From: Chrysomallon squamiferum | Lineage: Eukaryota; Animalia; Mollusca | Length of the DNA stretch: 64,000 nucleotides | Assembly: GCA_012295275.1 (NCBI GenBank) | Contig: CM022675.1 | Coordinates: forward strand, 16,616,001-16,680,000 | Direction of reading: 5' to 3' | In this document: positions 63,736-64,000 of the stretch, piece by piece | Numbering within the stretch: the stretch's first letter is position 1 | Layout of the letters: each line of letters starts with the position of its first letter | The notes under the pieces: model-generated | Seen by the model: the letters and a program-made list of their open reading frames with translations, nothing else | Databases searched by the model: none | What the model was told of the DNA's origin: nothing | Position numbers and translations under genes: made by a program

Positions 63736-64000
63736 TGATAATAATAATAATGATTATGATAATAATAATAATAAATCCTTAAAAATGATTTAAAAAAATA
63801 ATAATAATAAAAATTAAAAAAATAATAATTAAATAAAAATGATAATAATAATAAAATAAAATAAAATAAATAAATAACAGTAACAACAACAACAACAAAA
63901 AAAAGTTTGTAATCATTCATAATAAATACGTAGAAGCACTGTCAAACACTTGGGTTAATTTACTGATGCTCCAAACTGATGATTAAATTGAAATAAAAAA

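Overview
AT-rich, intron-rich animal genomic DNA (protein sequences and repeat content suggest a lophotrochozoan, probably a gastropod mollusc; this is inference). Three protein-coding genes can be built by hand with consistent GT-AG phases: (1) the 3' part of an ANTP/NKL-type homeobox gene of the Abox/ceh-19 type (+, 956-3029); (2) a CNC-bZIP gene, co-orthologue of NFE2L1/NFE2L2 (+, 10338-17841, 10 exons, about 825 aa); (3) FBXL7 (-, 27367-25218, with a candidate first exon at 52372-52294 across a ~25 kb intron). There is also a tRNA-Ser(UGA) at 58550-58631, several MITE/SINE-like remnants, and mini- and microsatellites. The main finding is that the CNC gene appears to have alternative 5' exons. 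One gives an ER-anchored, DDI2/NGLY1-type 'Nrf1' protein, one a short Nrf2-like N-terminus (MMKTQHMVPDGGGNGLSQ|[16 protein letters not shown]), and a possible third internal exon would give a Keap1-independent form. Other leads are a duplicated 'poison' splice acceptor in the CNC gene, a coding-like micro-ORF exon inside FBXL7 intron 1, two perfect GTCACGTGAC boxes at putative minus-strand promoters, and a MITE resembling mammalian Tigger4/MER46. All gene models are manual and unverified by RNA data.
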